Positions 49,276 through 59,891 of a stretch of 64,000 nucleotides of DNA are shown in pieces. This DNA comes from Syntrophales bacterium (GTDB lineage: Bacteria > Desulfobacterota > Syntrophia > Syntrophales > UBA6807). The translations under genes and the position numbers were made by a program. Below the pieces are notes generated by a model. The model was not told where the DNA came from and did no database searches. It was given only the letters and a program-made list of their open reading frames with translations. The DNA is taken from positions 64,001 to 128,000 of the forward strand of contig JAXGPA010000002.1 in assembly GCA_040767195.1 (NCBI GenBank), given 5' to 3'. Positions within the stretch are counted from its first letter, which is position 1. Each line of letters begins with the position of its first letter.

Positions 49276-51210
49276 ATGAAGCGAGAAAAAACCGGGGAGA
49301 TCACCACCGCCTGCAACCTCGACTGTCCCGATTCCTGTTCGATCCGTGTCTCCCGGGATCGCGAAGGGGGGCTTCGGATCCGGGGGAATCCCGACCATCC
49401 CTTCACCCGGGGGTTCACCTGCCGGAAAATCCGCGATTACCCGAGACGGCTGTCGCACCCGGACCGGATCCGGACGCCTCTCCTGCGCCGGGGCGGCGCG
49501 TTCTCCCCCCTCTCCTGGGAGGCCGCCCTCGATCTTTGCGCTGAAAAGATCCAGTTCCTGCGCCGGGAACCGGCCGCCATCCTCCATCTTCACGGAGAGG
49601 GCGCCAAGGGAGTCCTCAAGGCGGGGCCGTCGCTCTTCTTCGGCCTCCTCGGAGCCAGCACGACCCGGGGCTGCCTCTGCGACGGAACGGGGATCGCCGC
49701 CGTCATAGCCGATTTCGGCGCTCTCGACATGAACGACCTGGACGACCTGGGAAACGCCCAGGGTATCGTCAACTGGGGAAAGGATCTTTCCCGGACGTCG
49801 ATTCACACCGCCGCCCTGATCCGGGAGGCCCGAAAAAAAGGGGTACCGGTCCTCACCGTTTCTCCCGGGGGCGATGGAAACGGGCCTTTTTCCGATGAAT
49901 TCATCCGTATCCGGCCCGGTGCGGACCGTTTTCTCGCCGCGGCGGTCCTTCGACTTTTCCTCGACCGGGGCGGCTTCGATCCGGCACTCCTTGAAAGATC
50001 GAGCAACGGGACCCTCCTGGAAAAACGGCTCCGTGATCTTCCCGTGGAACACCTGGCGTCCGCCTGCCATGTCTCTCTCGAGGACGTGGAACGGCTTTTT
50101 TCCTTTTACAGGGACCGCCGGCCGGCGGCCACCCTCATCGGGTGGGGTCTCCAGCGGTACCGCTTCGGGGGGGAAAACGTGCGCTGGATCAACGGGCTCG
50201 CCTTTCTCTCCGGCAACCTGGGAATACGGGGGGGCGGAAGCTACTACAACGTCTCCTCCCGGAGAAACTTCAACCTCGGCTGGGCCCTGTCTTTCGATTC
50301 CCGGCGACTCCGGAAGCTTTTCCTGCCGGCAATCGGCAAAGAGATACGGGAAGCCGCCGATCCCCCCATCATGATGATCTGGGTGAACGGTTTCAACGTG
50401 GTCAACCAGGCCCCCGATTCAGGGACCATCGCCGACGCCTTCGACAAGGTGGACTTCAAGGTCGTCGTGGACGCCTACATGACCGACACGGCGATGCGGG
50501 CCGACCTGGTCCTCCCCTGCACGCTCAACCTGGAGCAGGAAGACATCATCGGGTCTTATCTGCACAACTACGTCCAGTACGCCCGTCCCGCCGTCCCGCC
50601 GCCGGAAGGCTGCCGGGACGACTTCACCATCATGACCGAGCTGGGAAAGCGGCTCGACCCCCCCGTTATCCTGCCCCCCCGGGAGGACTGTCTCCGTCTG
50701 TCCCTTCAATCGCCTTTCCTCGGCATTTCCCTGGAAGAGCTGAAAACGAAAGGATACGCCAAGGCCTCCCGGGAGCCCGTGGCCTTCCGGGACGGGGTGT
50801 TCGCCCATCCCGACGGGAAATGCCGTCTCCCCGAAACCCTCCACGAAGAACCGCCGCTGCCGGCGGCGTATCCCCTCATCCTCCTGTCCCTGATCCGCGG
50901 CGACGCCATTCACTCCCAGATCCCGCCGGAGGACCAGGGCGGCCTTCCCGTGGCCTGCGTCGGCCCGGACTGTCCCGCCGACCTGGGGACGGACATGGAC
51001 GGCACCATCGCCAGCCTTGTCTCCCCGCTTGGCAGGATGACCGTCCGCCTTCGGGTGCTCGACGATCTCCATCCCCGGGTCGTCCTGTACCGGCGGGGGG
51101 ACTGGATGCGCTTCGGGGGCGGCGTCAACAGGCTCATCTCCGCCGCCTTCACGGACATGGGCAACGGCACCGCCTACTACAGCCAGTGCGTCCGTCTCGA
51201 GAAGCGCTGA
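49276..51210 (+). CDS. Molybdopterin-dependent oxidoreductase catalytic subunit
   Basis: CNLDCPDSC..GNPDHPFTRGFTC 4Fe-4S motif, IRPGAD, TDTAMRADLVLP. Confidence 0.85.
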   Translation: MKREKTGEITTACNLDCPDSCSIRVSRDREGGLRIRGNPDHPFTRGFTCRKIRDYPRRLSHPDRIRTPLLRRGGAFSPLSWEAALDLCAEKIQFLRREPAAILHLHGEGAKGVLKAGPSLFFGLLGASTTRGCLCDGTGIAAVIADFGALDMNDLDDLGNAQGIVNWGKDLSRTSIHTAALIREARKKGVPVLTVSPGGDGNGPFSDEFIRIRPGADRFLAAAVLRLFLDRGGFDPALLERSSNGTLLEKRLRDLPVEHLASACHVSLEDVERLFSFYRDRRPAATLIGWGLQRYRFGGENVRWINGLAFLSGNLGIRGGGSYYNVSSRRNFNLGWALSFDSRRLRKLFLPAIGKEIREAADPPIMMIWVNGFNVVNQAPDSGTIADAFDKVDFKVVVDAYMTDTAMRADLVLPCTLNLEQEDIIGSYLHNYVQYARPAVPPPEGCRDDFTIMTELGKRLDPPVILPPREDCLRLSLQSPFLGISLEELKTKGYAKASREPVAFRDGVFAHPDGKCRLPETLHEEPPLPAAYPLILLSLIRGDAIHSQIPPEDQGGLPVACVGPDCPADLGTDMDGTIASLVSPLGRMTVRLRVLDDLHPRVVLYRRGDWMRFGGGVNRLISAAFTDMGNGTAYYSQCVRLEKR

Positions 51211-51512
51211 AACGGACGCCCGGCGCACCGTTCCCGGGACCCGTGCCGGGGGTCTTCTATTGACAGATCCTTCATTTTCAACTAAATACTGTTGACGGTC
51301 TGAAACAAAACCGGTTCACGGTATTGTCCCGCATCGGTCAGCGCCGCGGCCCGCGTTTCCGCTTGCCCGGTTCGTCCCGGCTCGGGCGCCGTGTCCCGGG
51401 AGACTGTCATAAAGCCGCCAGAGAGTGACGCTTTAACGATTTCCGAACCTTTGTTTCTCGCGGCAGTACAGGAAACGGGGCCGTAAAGACAGATCACGGA
51501 GGGAAAAAACCT

Positions 51513-52265
51513 GTGAGCGAAGCCTGGGCCGTATCCACCTTTGACCTGACCGGCCATTTCCGGGGCAATCTCATTGAAATGATCCTCAACGCGGGGCCCA
51601 TGGTGCAGATGGTCCTCCTTATTCTCCTTTTTTTCTCCGTCGTGTCCTGGGCCGTCATCCTGATGAAATACCGGGTCCTGAGGAGGGCCCGGAAAGAAAA
51701 TCGCATGTTCCTGGAAATTTACATGAAGGGAAGCCGGTTTTCGGACATCTTCCTTGAATCGCGGAAATTCCGCCACTCCACCATTGCCGAGGTGTTCCGG
51801 GCAGGATACACCGAACTGGGAAAAACGGCCAAAGCCATGAAGGAGTCGGGAAACCCGGCGGAGGGCGGGGAACCGTCCCCGTCCGTGGAGCTTCAGGGCC
51901 TGGACAACGTGGTGCGAACCCTCAACCGCGCCTGCGACTCTGAAACGGGCAGGCTCGAGGGCTCCCTCGGGTTTCTCGCCACGACGGGCAGCGCCACCCC
52001 TTTCATCGGCCTTTTCGGAACGGTGTGGGGAATCATGAACGCCTTTCGGGGCATCGGCGCCAAGGGCTCGGCCACCCTGGCCGTCGTGGCGCCGGGCATC
52101 TCGGAAGCCCTCATCGCCACGGCGGCGGGTCTTGCCGCCGCCATTCCCGCCGTTATTTTCTATAACTATTTCGTCAACCAGGTCCGGGCCATGGGGCAGG
52201 AAACGGACCATTTCGCTTCCGAATTCCTGAACATCCTCGAACGGGCCTCCCTGAAAAGCGCCTGA
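51513..52265 (+). CDS. tolQ: TolQ
   Basis: FLATTGSATPFIGLFGTVWGIM, VAPGISEALIATAAGL. Confidence 0.93.
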   Translation: MSEAWAVSTFDLTGHFRGNLIEMILNAGPMVQMVLLILLFFSVVSWAVILMKYRVLRRARKENRMFLEIYMKGSRFSDIFLESRKFRHSTIAEVFRAGYTELGKTAKAMKESGNPAEGGEPSPSVELQGLDNVVRTLNRACDSETGRLEGSLGFLATTGSATPFIGLFGTVWGIMNAFRGIGAKGSATLAVVAPGISEALIATAAGLAAAIPAVIFYNYFVNQVRAMGQETDHFASEFLNILERASLKSA

Positions 52266-52267
52266 TC

Positions 52268-52693
52268 ATGAGACCCTTGAGAAAACCCTTTCGAGAAGGA
52301 TCGAAGCCTCTTTCAGAGATCAACGTGACACCCCTGGTGGACGTCGTACTCGTTCTCCTCATCATCTTCATGGTCACGGCGCCCATGCTCCAGATGGGCA
52401 TAGACGTCAATCTCCCTAAAATAAAAGCGAAGACCGTCGACGTGACGGAGGAAAAAGTGGTTCTCACCGTCAAGGCGAAGGAGGAAATCTTCATCAACAA
52501 CTACAGGGCGACCCTTTCGGACCTGAAAACCAAGCTCGAGAGCATCTTCGCCAGCCGCATCGACCGGGAAGTCTTCATGCGGGCCGATGACCAGGTCCCC
52601 TACGGATTCGTCGTCAAGGTCATGGCGGAGGTCCGCAAGGCGGGCGTGGACAGGCTCGGCATGATCACGGAACCGCCGGAGGAAAGCCGATGA
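52268..52693 (+). CDS. tolR: TolR
   Basis: EINVTPLVDVVLVLLIIFMVTAP, RADDQVPYG. Confidence 0.93.
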   Translation: MRPLRKPFREGSKPLSEINVTPLVDVVLVLLIIFMVTAPMLQMGIDVNLPKIKAKTVDVTEEKVVLTVKAKEEIFINNYRATLSDLKTKLESIFASRIDREVFMRADDQVPYGFVVKVMAEVRKAGVDRLGMITEPPEESR

Positions 52694-53421
52694 CGTCATC
52701 CCTTCGTTCCGTCCCGGGACACCGCGGGGATGAAACATCCCTGAAAAGCATGGCGATTCTCTCCTTTCTTCTCCATGCCCTTCTCTTGTCCATACTCTTC
52801 CTCTCGCCTTCCCTCCCGTCCCAGAAATGGACGTTCGGTCCGGTCTACACGGTGGACCTCGTCAGTTTCCCCGCGAGGCTCCTGGAACATAAATCGGCCA
52901 TAGCGGGCACGGAAAAGGCCTTTTCCCTGGACCGTGATACGAGCGCCACGGTGTTCCGAAAACAGGCCGAGCCCCCCATCATGCCCCTGGAAAGACATGG
53001 GGAGACGATACGGAAAATCGACCGGTCCCCCGTCGACGATGCCATAAGAAACCTGGAAAAAAAGGTTCACCCGTCCCGGTCACCGGAAACGACGGATCGG
53101 GTGGCCTCCCAGGGCGCTCCGGAAATTTCGGGAAACATGAGGATCTACTACGCCATCATCTGGTCCCGGATCAAGGAACAGTGGGCTCTGCCGGAGGGGA
53201 TCCTTCCCGGCGACGACTTCGAGGCCGTTGTGGGCGTCACCATACGGAAGGACGGAAACATCGACACGATCTCCTTTGAAAAACGGTCGGGGAACCGCTT
53301 CTTTGACGAATCGGCCCTGAAAGCGATCAAGAAGGCGAGCCCTTTCCCGGTGTTTCCCGAATCCCTGAGAGAGGAAACGCTCGACGTGGGAATCCGCTTT
53401 CTGTCTTCTGAATTCTCATAG
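52690..53421 (+). CDS. tolA: TolA-like energy transducer
   Basis: SFLLH TM motif, IKEQW, SGNRFFDESALKAI; lies between tolR and tolB. Confidence 0.82.
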   Translation: MTSSLRSVPGHRGDETSLKSMAILSFLLHALLLSILFLSPSLPSQKWTFGPVYTVDLVSFPARLLEHKSAIAGTEKAFSLDRDTSATVFRKQAEPPIMPLERHGETIRKIDRSPVDDAIRNLEKKVHPSRSPETTDRVASQGAPEISGNMRIYYAIIWSRIKEQWALPEGILPGDDFEAVVGVTIRKDGNIDTISFEKRSGNRFFDESALKAIKKASPFPVFPESLREETLDVGIRFLSSEFS

Positions 53422-53559
53422 GAAGTCCTGAACACCGGCGGCCCTGTCGCCGGGACCGGCAGGATCAGGAAACAGGGCGAAACCCCGGTGAAACCCTGTC
53501 GAGGCGCCAGGGACGGCCCGCGGAAAACAGGGATAGGCAATCAAAAAGGCTTCCACGGC

Positions 53560-54873
53560 ATGATAAAAAAGACGTTTTCAATCCTTTGCTTTGTCATTTT
53601 CCTGCTCATCTTGTCCGTGGCGGCGCCGGCCAAGGTGTACATGGACATCCTTTCCCCGGCCTTCCAGAAATTTCCCATCGCCCTTCCCGACTTTTCCCCC
53701 CTGGACGGCCGTGAAGGGGAAAACCCCCTTTTCAGGGAAATCCCCGGACTTCTTTCCAATGCCTTGGAACTGACGGGGTTTTTCCGGACCGTGGACAGGA
53801 ACGCCTATCTCGAATCGCCGGAAACCCCGGAAGAGGACGTCCGTTTTGCCGACTGGCGCGTCATCGGGGCGGAATTTCTCGTCAAGGGTAAACTGGAAGC
53901 GCCGGGGGAAACCCTGACCATCGAGTGCCGGCTTTATGACGTGGTGGAAGGAAAAATGCTGGCGGGAAAACGATACACCGGTAAAAAAGGAGATGAAAAG
54001 GCCATGGTGTACCGTTTTGCCGACGAAATTCTGAGTGCCTTGACGGGGAGCCGTGGCGTTTTCGACACGGAGATCGCCTTTTCCGGCAAAAAAAATCGCC
54101 TTTCCGATATTTACACCATCCAGTTCGACGGGTCGAATCTTCGGAAACGGACGGACCACAAGGCCATCACCCTTCTTCCCCGGTGGTCCGCCGACGGGTC
54201 GAAAATCGCCTACACGGCGTACCCGCGGGGCAACCCTGACCTGTACGTTCTGAACCTGGCGACGGGGAAAACGACACGCCTTTTTCACGACCGGGGACTG
54301 AACCTGACGGGAGGCTGGTCCCCCGACGGCGGCAGGATGCTGATTGTCTCGCGACGGGACGGGAACGAGGAAATCTATGTTCATGAACTCGAAACGGGAA
54401 CGTCGAGGCGACTGACCCGTGACCCCGCCATCGATGTTTCCCCCTGCTGGTCCCCCGACGGGAAACGGATCGCCTTCGTGTCCAACCGTTCAGGATCTCC
54501 CCAGATCTTTGTCATGGACGGTGACGGCGGCGCCGTCAGGCGGCTCACCTTCAACGGAAGCTACAACACGTCCCCGTCCTGGTCGCCCACGGGTTCCAGG
54601 ATCGCCTACGAAGGCCGGGCGGGCGGGCAGTTCCAGATATTCACCATCGATGAAAACGGCGGAAACACGATCCAGCTGACCTACGAAGACGAGGGCGCCG
54701 AGTCCCCCGCGTGGTCACCGGACGGCCGATTCATCGCCTTCCAGGGCAAAAGGAACGGGACAAGCCGTATCTCGGTGATCAACGCCAACGGCTTGAATCC
54801 CCGGGTTCTCTACGAGGGGAAGGATCTGGAAGCGGTCTCACCGGCCTGGTCGCCTCACTTAAATTTGTATTGA
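53560..54873 (+). CDS. tolB: TolB beta-propeller protein
   Basis: Repeated WSPDG, FVSNRSGSPQIF; signal peptide. Confidence 0.93.
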   Translation: MIKKTFSILCFVIFLLILSVAAPAKVYMDILSPAFQKFPIALPDFSPLDGREGENPLFREIPGLLSNALELTGFFRTVDRNAYLESPETPEEDVRFADWRVIGAEFLVKGKLEAPGETLTIECRLYDVVEGKMLAGKRYTGKKGDEKAMVYRFADEILSALTGSRGVFDTEIAFSGKKNRLSDIYTIQFDGSNLRKRTDHKAITLLPRWSADGSKIAYTAYPRGNPDLYVLNLATGKTTRLFHDRGLNLTGGWSPDGGRMLIVSRRDGNEEIYVHELETGTSRRLTRDPAIDVSPCWSPDGKRIAFVSNRSGSPQIFVMDGDGGAVRRLTFNGSYNTSPSWSPTGSRIAYEGRAGGQFQIFTIDENGGNTIQLTYEDEGAESPAWSPDGRFIAFQGKRNGTSRISVINANGLNPRVLYEGKDLEAVSPAWSPHLNLY

Positions 54874-54950
54874 CCTTTTTTCTCCCCTTGTGGTTTAATT
54901 CGTCCCATCGCGGGATATCCTGAAAGCATCAAAGAAAAGGAGGCATATCA

Positions 54951-55523
54951 ATGAAAAACCACAACGTATTCCGGGGGGCCTTGCTGCTCGTTCTCAGCCT
55001 CGCTGTTGCCCTGGTCATCGGCTGCGGAAAGAAAGCTGTCGTGCAGGAAGAGATGGGCGTCGTCGTAAAGGAACCCGCTAAGGAGGAGGCTGCGGCGGAG
55101 ACCCGGCCTTCGGAGGCGGCCATCGAGGAAGAACTTCTGAAGGAGAAGGAACGGCAGGAAAAGGAACGGGTTCTCCGGGAGGCGGCCTCCTTCGGGGACA
55201 TTTATTTTGAATTCGACCAGTACGATCTCACCGCCACGGCGAGGGAAACCCTGAAACAGCACGCCGACTGGCTTCTCGCCAACCCCGGGTTCGATCTCCT
55301 CGTGGAGGGGCATTGCGACGAGCGTGGAACGGCGGAATACAACCTGGCCCTCGGAGACCGACGGGCCAATGCCGCCAGGGACTATCTCGTCAGTCTCGGC
55401 GTCGATGCCGGCCGGATCACGACGATCAGTTACGGCGAAGAACTCCCCCTCGACCCGTCCCACAACGAGGCGGCGTGGGCCAAGAACCGCCGTGACCACT
55501 TCGTCGTCACGCCGTCCAGATAA
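54951..55523 (+). CDS. pal: Peptidoglycan-associated lipoprotein
   Basis: IGC lipobox, IYFEFD, EGHCDERGTAEYNLALGDRRA, KNRR. Confidence 0.95.
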   Translation: MKNHNVFRGALLLVLSLAVALVIGCGKKAVVQEEMGVVVKEPAKEEAAAETRPSEAAIEEELLKEKERQEKERVLREAASFGDIYFEFDQYDLTATARETLKQHADWLLANPGFDLLVEGHCDERGTAEYNLALGDRRANAARDYLVSLGVDAGRITTISYGEELPLDPSHNEAAWAKNRRDHFVVTPSR

Positions 55524-55547
55524 GTATCGATAAGGAGATCTAGGGCC

Positions 55548-56384
55548 GTGAGAAAAGCCCTTCCATGGCTGATTCTGTTCTGGGTGGTTCTCCTGGGGTG
55601 TGCCTCGAGCCATGAGCTCCGGGCGACCGCCCAGATCCTGGACTCGAAAATATCGGCGCTGGAAAGGGATGTCACCGCTTCCCGGGACGGCGTGGCGGAT
55701 ACCCGTGACAGGTTGGACAAGCTGGAAGACAGCGTCAAGGCCATCCAGCGCTTCCAGGCCGACACGGGGGCCGACATGACCGCCCTGAGAGCGGAGATCC
55801 AGCGTCTCCGGGGGGCTACGGAGGAAACGCAGGAATCCCTGAAAACCGTCAAGGGGGAAGCGGCTTCGGAAAACCAGGCGTCGAAACTGGAAGAGCTTCG
55901 CCTGCGAATGCAGTACATGGAGGATTTTCTCGGCATCGGAAGGCCGGGAGGAACGGCCGACAAGGCCAAAGAGGCATCCGAAGCCGCCGCCGGCCCGCCG
56001 CCGGCCAAACCGGACCGGGAAAAGGCGTACAATGACGCTTACGAGGCCTTCAAGGCGGGCCGATACGCCGACGCCCGGAAAAGGTTCGAAGAATTTCTCG
56101 CCGAGCACGGAAAATCGGAATACGGGGACAACGCCCGGTTCTGGATAGGCGAGTGTTATTATTTTGAAAAGGATTACGAAAGAGCCATTCTCGAATACGA
56201 GAAAGTGATCACCGAATATCCCCGGGGAAACAAGGTGCCCAATGCCCTCCTGAAGCAGGGCCTTGCCTTTCTCGAACTGGGGGACAAAAACAGCGGGCGC
56301 CTCCTCCTGGAAAAAGTCATCCGGGAACACCCCAACACGAGCCCCGCTAGAATCGCCAAGATCAAGCTATCGTCGATCAATTAG
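55548..56384 (+). CDS. cpoB: Tol-Pal protein YbgF/CpoB
   Basis: Coiled coil plus TPR (NARFWIGECYY, KVPNALLKQG); follows pal. Confidence 0.9.
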   Translation: MRKALPWLILFWVVLLGCASSHELRATAQILDSKISALERDVTASRDGVADTRDRLDKLEDSVKAIQRFQADTGADMTALRAEIQRLRGATEETQESLKTVKGEAASENQASKLEELRLRMQYMEDFLGIGRPGGTADKAKEASEAAAGPPPAKPDREKAYNDAYEAFKAGRYADARKRFEEFLAEHGKSEYGDNARFWIGECYYFEKDYERAILEYEKVITEYPRGNKVPNALLKQGLAFLELGDKNSGRLLLEKVIREHPNTSPARIAKIKLSSIN

Positions 56385-57255
56385 TTTCCGCCTCCGGCGA
56401 CGCCTCCGGCCCGCCTCCCTCGATCCACCGGAGGGTTGCCCCCTCGGGCGGGAGGAGATCGAAGACGTTTTCCGGCAGGGTGTGTGCCCGTTCGGGTCCT
56501 GTCACGCGAATGGTCGCAAGAAGGGACACCGGTTCGCCAAAGGCGATGGAGAGCCCGCCGGGAAGTTCCCCGCCTCCCGTTATGGAGACGGCATCCCGAA
56601 AGAGGATCTGTAAGGCGGGATGGCCATTCCATGCCACCCTTTCGCAGCGTGTCAACTTCCCTTTCTCGAGATCGATCCAGAGGGTCTGGATTATTTTTTC
56701 ACCTAGGAAGACGTCGACCCGGTACAGGGGTCCCTCCCACCGGGCGGTGTATCGCTGGCGGGGGTCCTTCAATCCCGGCGGATACCCCATGAGAAGAGAA
56801 ACCACGTCGGGCACGGCCAGATACAGGCGGAACAGGGCGTAAAGGTTGGGAGCCGTGGGCTCTCCCACCAGAAAGAGATTCTCTTCCGGAAAATAGGCTT
56901 TCAGAAGCCGGACGTTCGCCGTCAGGAAAAGATCCGGGGTTCCCATGAGGGGCAGGGCCTCGATGCGCAGGGAATCGGGATACCTCATCACCAGGGCGGC
57001 TGACCGGAAATATCGGCCCTCGGGAACTTCCAGGGACATTTTCACCGTCGCCTGGATCCCCTCTTCGGGAGGCGACCCGAACAGCCGCTCCAGGACATCC
57101 TGCGGCGGGGGCGGCTGTTCCCTCAGGACGGGGGCCTCCCCCCGTGGCACGGCGCACCCGCCTGTAAAACAGACGGCGAGTGCCAGCAGGAGAATGTTTG
57201 CCGTCCATGATTTTAAAAAACGGGCTTCAGGCAGGATTTCCTTTTTTCTGATCAT
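56377..57255 (-). CDS. LolB-like/DUF4292-like lipoprotein
   Basis: GGC lipobox, PDSLRIEALPLMG; follows the TPR gene. Confidence 0.6.
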   Translation of the reverse strand: MIRKKEILPEARFLKSWTANILLLALAVCFTGGCAVPRGEAPVLREQPPPPQDVLERLFGSPPEEGIQATVKMSLEVPEGRYFRSAALVMRYPDSLRIEALPLMGTPDLFLTANVRLLKAYFPEENLFLVGEPTAPNLYALFRLYLAVPDVVSLLMGYPPGLKDPRQRYTARWEGPLYRVDVFLGEKIIQTLWIDLEKGKLTRCERVAWNGHPALQILFRDAVSITGGGELPGGLSIAFGEPVSLLATIRVTGPERAHTLPENVFDLLPPEGATLRWIEGGGPEASPEAETN

Positions 57256-58978
57256 TCAGGAGACGATCGATCTTTTCTTTCAGGGCCGTCGAACCGGGGT
57301 TCCCTTTCAGGGCCTCCCGGTACAGGCGAAGGGCTTCTCTGGGCTTTCCCAGGGCCATGTAAACATCGCCGAGATGCTCCGCGATGGTGGGGTCTTCCGG
57401 GAGAATCCGGTGCGCCTTCTCGAGATGGGAAACGGCGAGATCGGGCCTGTTCTTCCGGAAATAAACCCAGCCGAGGCTGTCGATGATGTAGCCGTTTTCG
57501 GGTTTCAACTCCAGGGCTTTCCGGATGAGTCTCTCCGCTTCGTCGAGCCGGATCCCCCGGTCCGCCAGACCGTAGCCGATAAAGTTGAGCGCCTCGGCGT
57601 GATCCGGTTCCACATCGAGGATCCTCTGCATTTCCAGGATGCTCTCTTCGAAGCGTCCCGACTTTTCATAGAGAACACCGAGCCGGTAGCGCATCTCCAG
57701 ATTCCCCGGATTGTCCTTCAGCCCGCCGAGTAGCGTTTTTTCCGCTACTTCAGGGTCCCCCCTTTCTTCGTGAAGCGTCGCGAGGGCGACATAAAGGGCC
57801 GGTTCCGGCTTGGTCGCCAGGGCTTTTTCGAGGAGGGAAAGGGCCTCATCCCCCCGGCCGTCTTCCTTGAGCAGAATGGCCATGTGAACCCGCGAATTGC
57901 CGTACAGACCCGATGAGGGCGAAACAAGGGAAAAAGAATCCAGGGCCTTCAAGGGTTTTCCCTGCCGCTCATACGTGGAGGCCAGGAAATACCGCGCCGT
58001 TTCGTTTTCCCCGTTTTCCTCGAGGAGCTCCTGAAAGAGCGTTTCCCCCTCTTCGTAGTTCTTTCCCTCGAAGAAAAGGGCGATGCCGAGGGCCAGCCGG
58101 ACCTGTTCGTTCTCGGGGTTTTTCTTCAGGACCTTTTTGAATGCCTCGATGGCCCGTTCATAGCGGTCCTGCTCGAAAAGCATTCGCCCCATCCGAAAAC
58201 GGATGTCGTCCCGGCCGGGATTGACTTCGAGAATATTCTCGTAGATGCGCGCCGCCTCATCACGACGATCCTGCTCCTCGTAAAGCGCCGCCAGTTCGAT
58301 GAGGGCAGGTTCGTAGACGGGGTCGATGTCCAGGATCTTTCGATAATAAGCCTCCGCCCGCTCCTCCCGTTTCATTTCCCTGTAAAGCCGGGCGAGGGCC
58401 TGCATGGCCGAAACATGGCCGGGCTTCACCTCGAGGAGGCGTTCCAGGGTCGACACGGCCTTGTCGTATTCCCCCTTTTCCCGGTAGACAAGACTGAGAA
58501 ACTCGTAGGCCTTGTCCTGCCCGGGGTCGGAAGCGATGATCCTTTCGTACTCGGCCACGGCCCGGTCCAATTCCTTGCCGTGGACGAAAAGTCCTGCCAG
58601 GAGAAAGCGGTTGTCGATATTCTCACTGCCGGAGAGAAGCGACTTTTCCAGAATTTCGATGGCCCCGGAAACATCGCCTTTATTAAGATAGAGGTTGGCA
58701 AGCTCACCGGCCAGGTAGGTTGACCCGGGATCAATGGCAAAGGCCTTTTCGAAAGCCCCGAGGGCCTCATCGGCGTTACCCGCGAGATTTTCCAGGACGC
58801 CCACTGAATAATAATAGTAGGCGTTCCCCCGGGCTTCCCCCCGAAGGGCGTCCGTACTCCCCGTTGAGGGAATTCCCCGATAAAGGCATCCCGAAAAGGC
58901 GAAGGCCGTGAAGATGAGCAGTGAAATAAGCCGGAGAGGCCGTTTTCCGTCCCCGTTACGTTTCCCCGATTTCGTCAT
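57227..58978 (-). CDS. TPR lipoprotein
   Basis: FSGC lipobox, many TPRs, ALNFIGY..GYIIDSLGWVYF..EHLGDVY. Confidence 0.88.
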   Translation of the reverse strand: MTKSGKRNGDGKRPLRLISLLIFTAFAFSGCLYRGIPSTGSTDALRGEARGNAYYYYSVGVLENLAGNADEALGAFEKAFAIDPGSTYLAGELANLYLNKGDVSGAIEILEKSLLSGSENIDNRFLLAGLFVHGKELDRAVAEYERIIASDPGQDKAYEFLSLVYREKGEYDKAVSTLERLLEVKPGHVSAMQALARLYREMKREERAEAYYRKILDIDPVYEPALIELAALYEEQDRRDEAARIYENILEVNPGRDDIRFRMGRMLFEQDRYERAIEAFKKVLKKNPENEQVRLALGIALFFEGKNYEEGETLFQELLEENGENETARYFLASTYERQGKPLKALDSFSLVSPSSGLYGNSRVHMAILLKEDGRGDEALSLLEKALATKPEPALYVALATLHEERGDPEVAEKTLLGGLKDNPGNLEMRYRLGVLYEKSGRFEESILEMQRILDVEPDHAEALNFIGYGLADRGIRLDEAERLIRKALELKPENGYIIDSLGWVYFRKNRPDLAVSHLEKAHRILPEDPTIAEHLGDVYMALGKPREALRLYREALKGNPGSTALKEKIDRLLNDQKKGNPA

Positions 58979-59018
58979 GAACACGCTCGTCACGTTCAAA
59001 AAGTTTCGCTGCCGCCTT

Positions 59019-59891
59019 TCACGGCTCCCGCTTGACAACGGAAGACAGGGGGACAAAACGAATCCCCGCCTGCTCGTATTTTGGAGCCCATTCCTCCAGG
59101 GCATCCACCGTGGTTTCATAGGGGTGCCCGATGAGGACAAGCTCCCTCCAGGAGGAACGCTTTTCCAAAAGCCGCTCGAAAACCGCCCGGGTTTCCGCCA
59201 GGGAATTTCCGTTGTCGATGAAAACATCCCGGGCTGCAAAGGGCAGCCCCACCCGGCGGGCCGCCTGCCCGGCCCTGGAATTTCCCGTGGTCAGGCTATC
59301 TATGAAGAACAGGCTCTTCCTCTTCAGATGACAGAGCACGACTTCCAGGTCGTCACCGTTCTCCATGAAAAGAGACCCCATGTGATTGTTGACTCCAACG
59401 GCCCCGGGTACTGCTTCGATGTTTTTCTCGAGCTGTCGGATCACGTCCTCTTCCGTCATAGAGCACAAAAGCGCCCCTTCCCCGGGATCGACTTCGGGAT
59501 AACCCCGGGGCTCCATGGGCAGGTGAAGAAGGATTTCCCGGTTTTTTTCCCGGGCGAGCCGGGTCACCTCCCTCGAAAAGGGGCAATGGGGTAACACGGC
59601 CAGGGCAATGGGAACGGGCAGGTTGCTGATCTTTCGGGCCACATCGAGGTCGTATCCGAGATCGTCGATGATGAGGGCGACCCGGTTCCCCCGGTCATCA
59701 CGGCGAACCGCATCGTCTGGTTTTTGCTCCCGGACGGCTTCCCTGCCGGCGGGTTTTACAACCTTCTCCGGCACCGCCTTCCCCTTTGTTTTCCACAGCC
59801 CGTATCCGGCCATCGCGGCCACGACGAGAACGGCGATGACAAGCGGAAAAATCGGTACGGAGGGCTTCTTCCTTCTTCGTTTCCCCGTCAC
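59019..59891 (-). CDS. Divergent polysaccharide deacetylase (YibQ-like)
   Basis: ALIIDDLG, LLHLPMEP, GVNNHMGS, FIDSLT, RDVFID, IGHPY. Confidence 0.92.
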   Translation of the reverse strand: MTGKRRRKKPSVPIFPLVIAVLVVAAMAGYGLWKTKGKAVPEKVVKPAGREAVREQKPDDAVRRDDRGNRVALIIDDLGYDLDVARKISNLPVPIALAVLPHCPFSREVTRLAREKNREILLHLPMEPRGYPEVDPGEGALLCSMTEEDVIRQLEKNIEAVPGAVGVNNHMGSLFMENGDDLEVVLCHLKRKSLFFIDSLTTGNSRAGQAARRVGLPFAARDVFIDNGNSLAETRAVFERLLEKRSSWRELVLIGHPYETTVDALEEWAPKYEQAGIRFVPLSSVVKREP

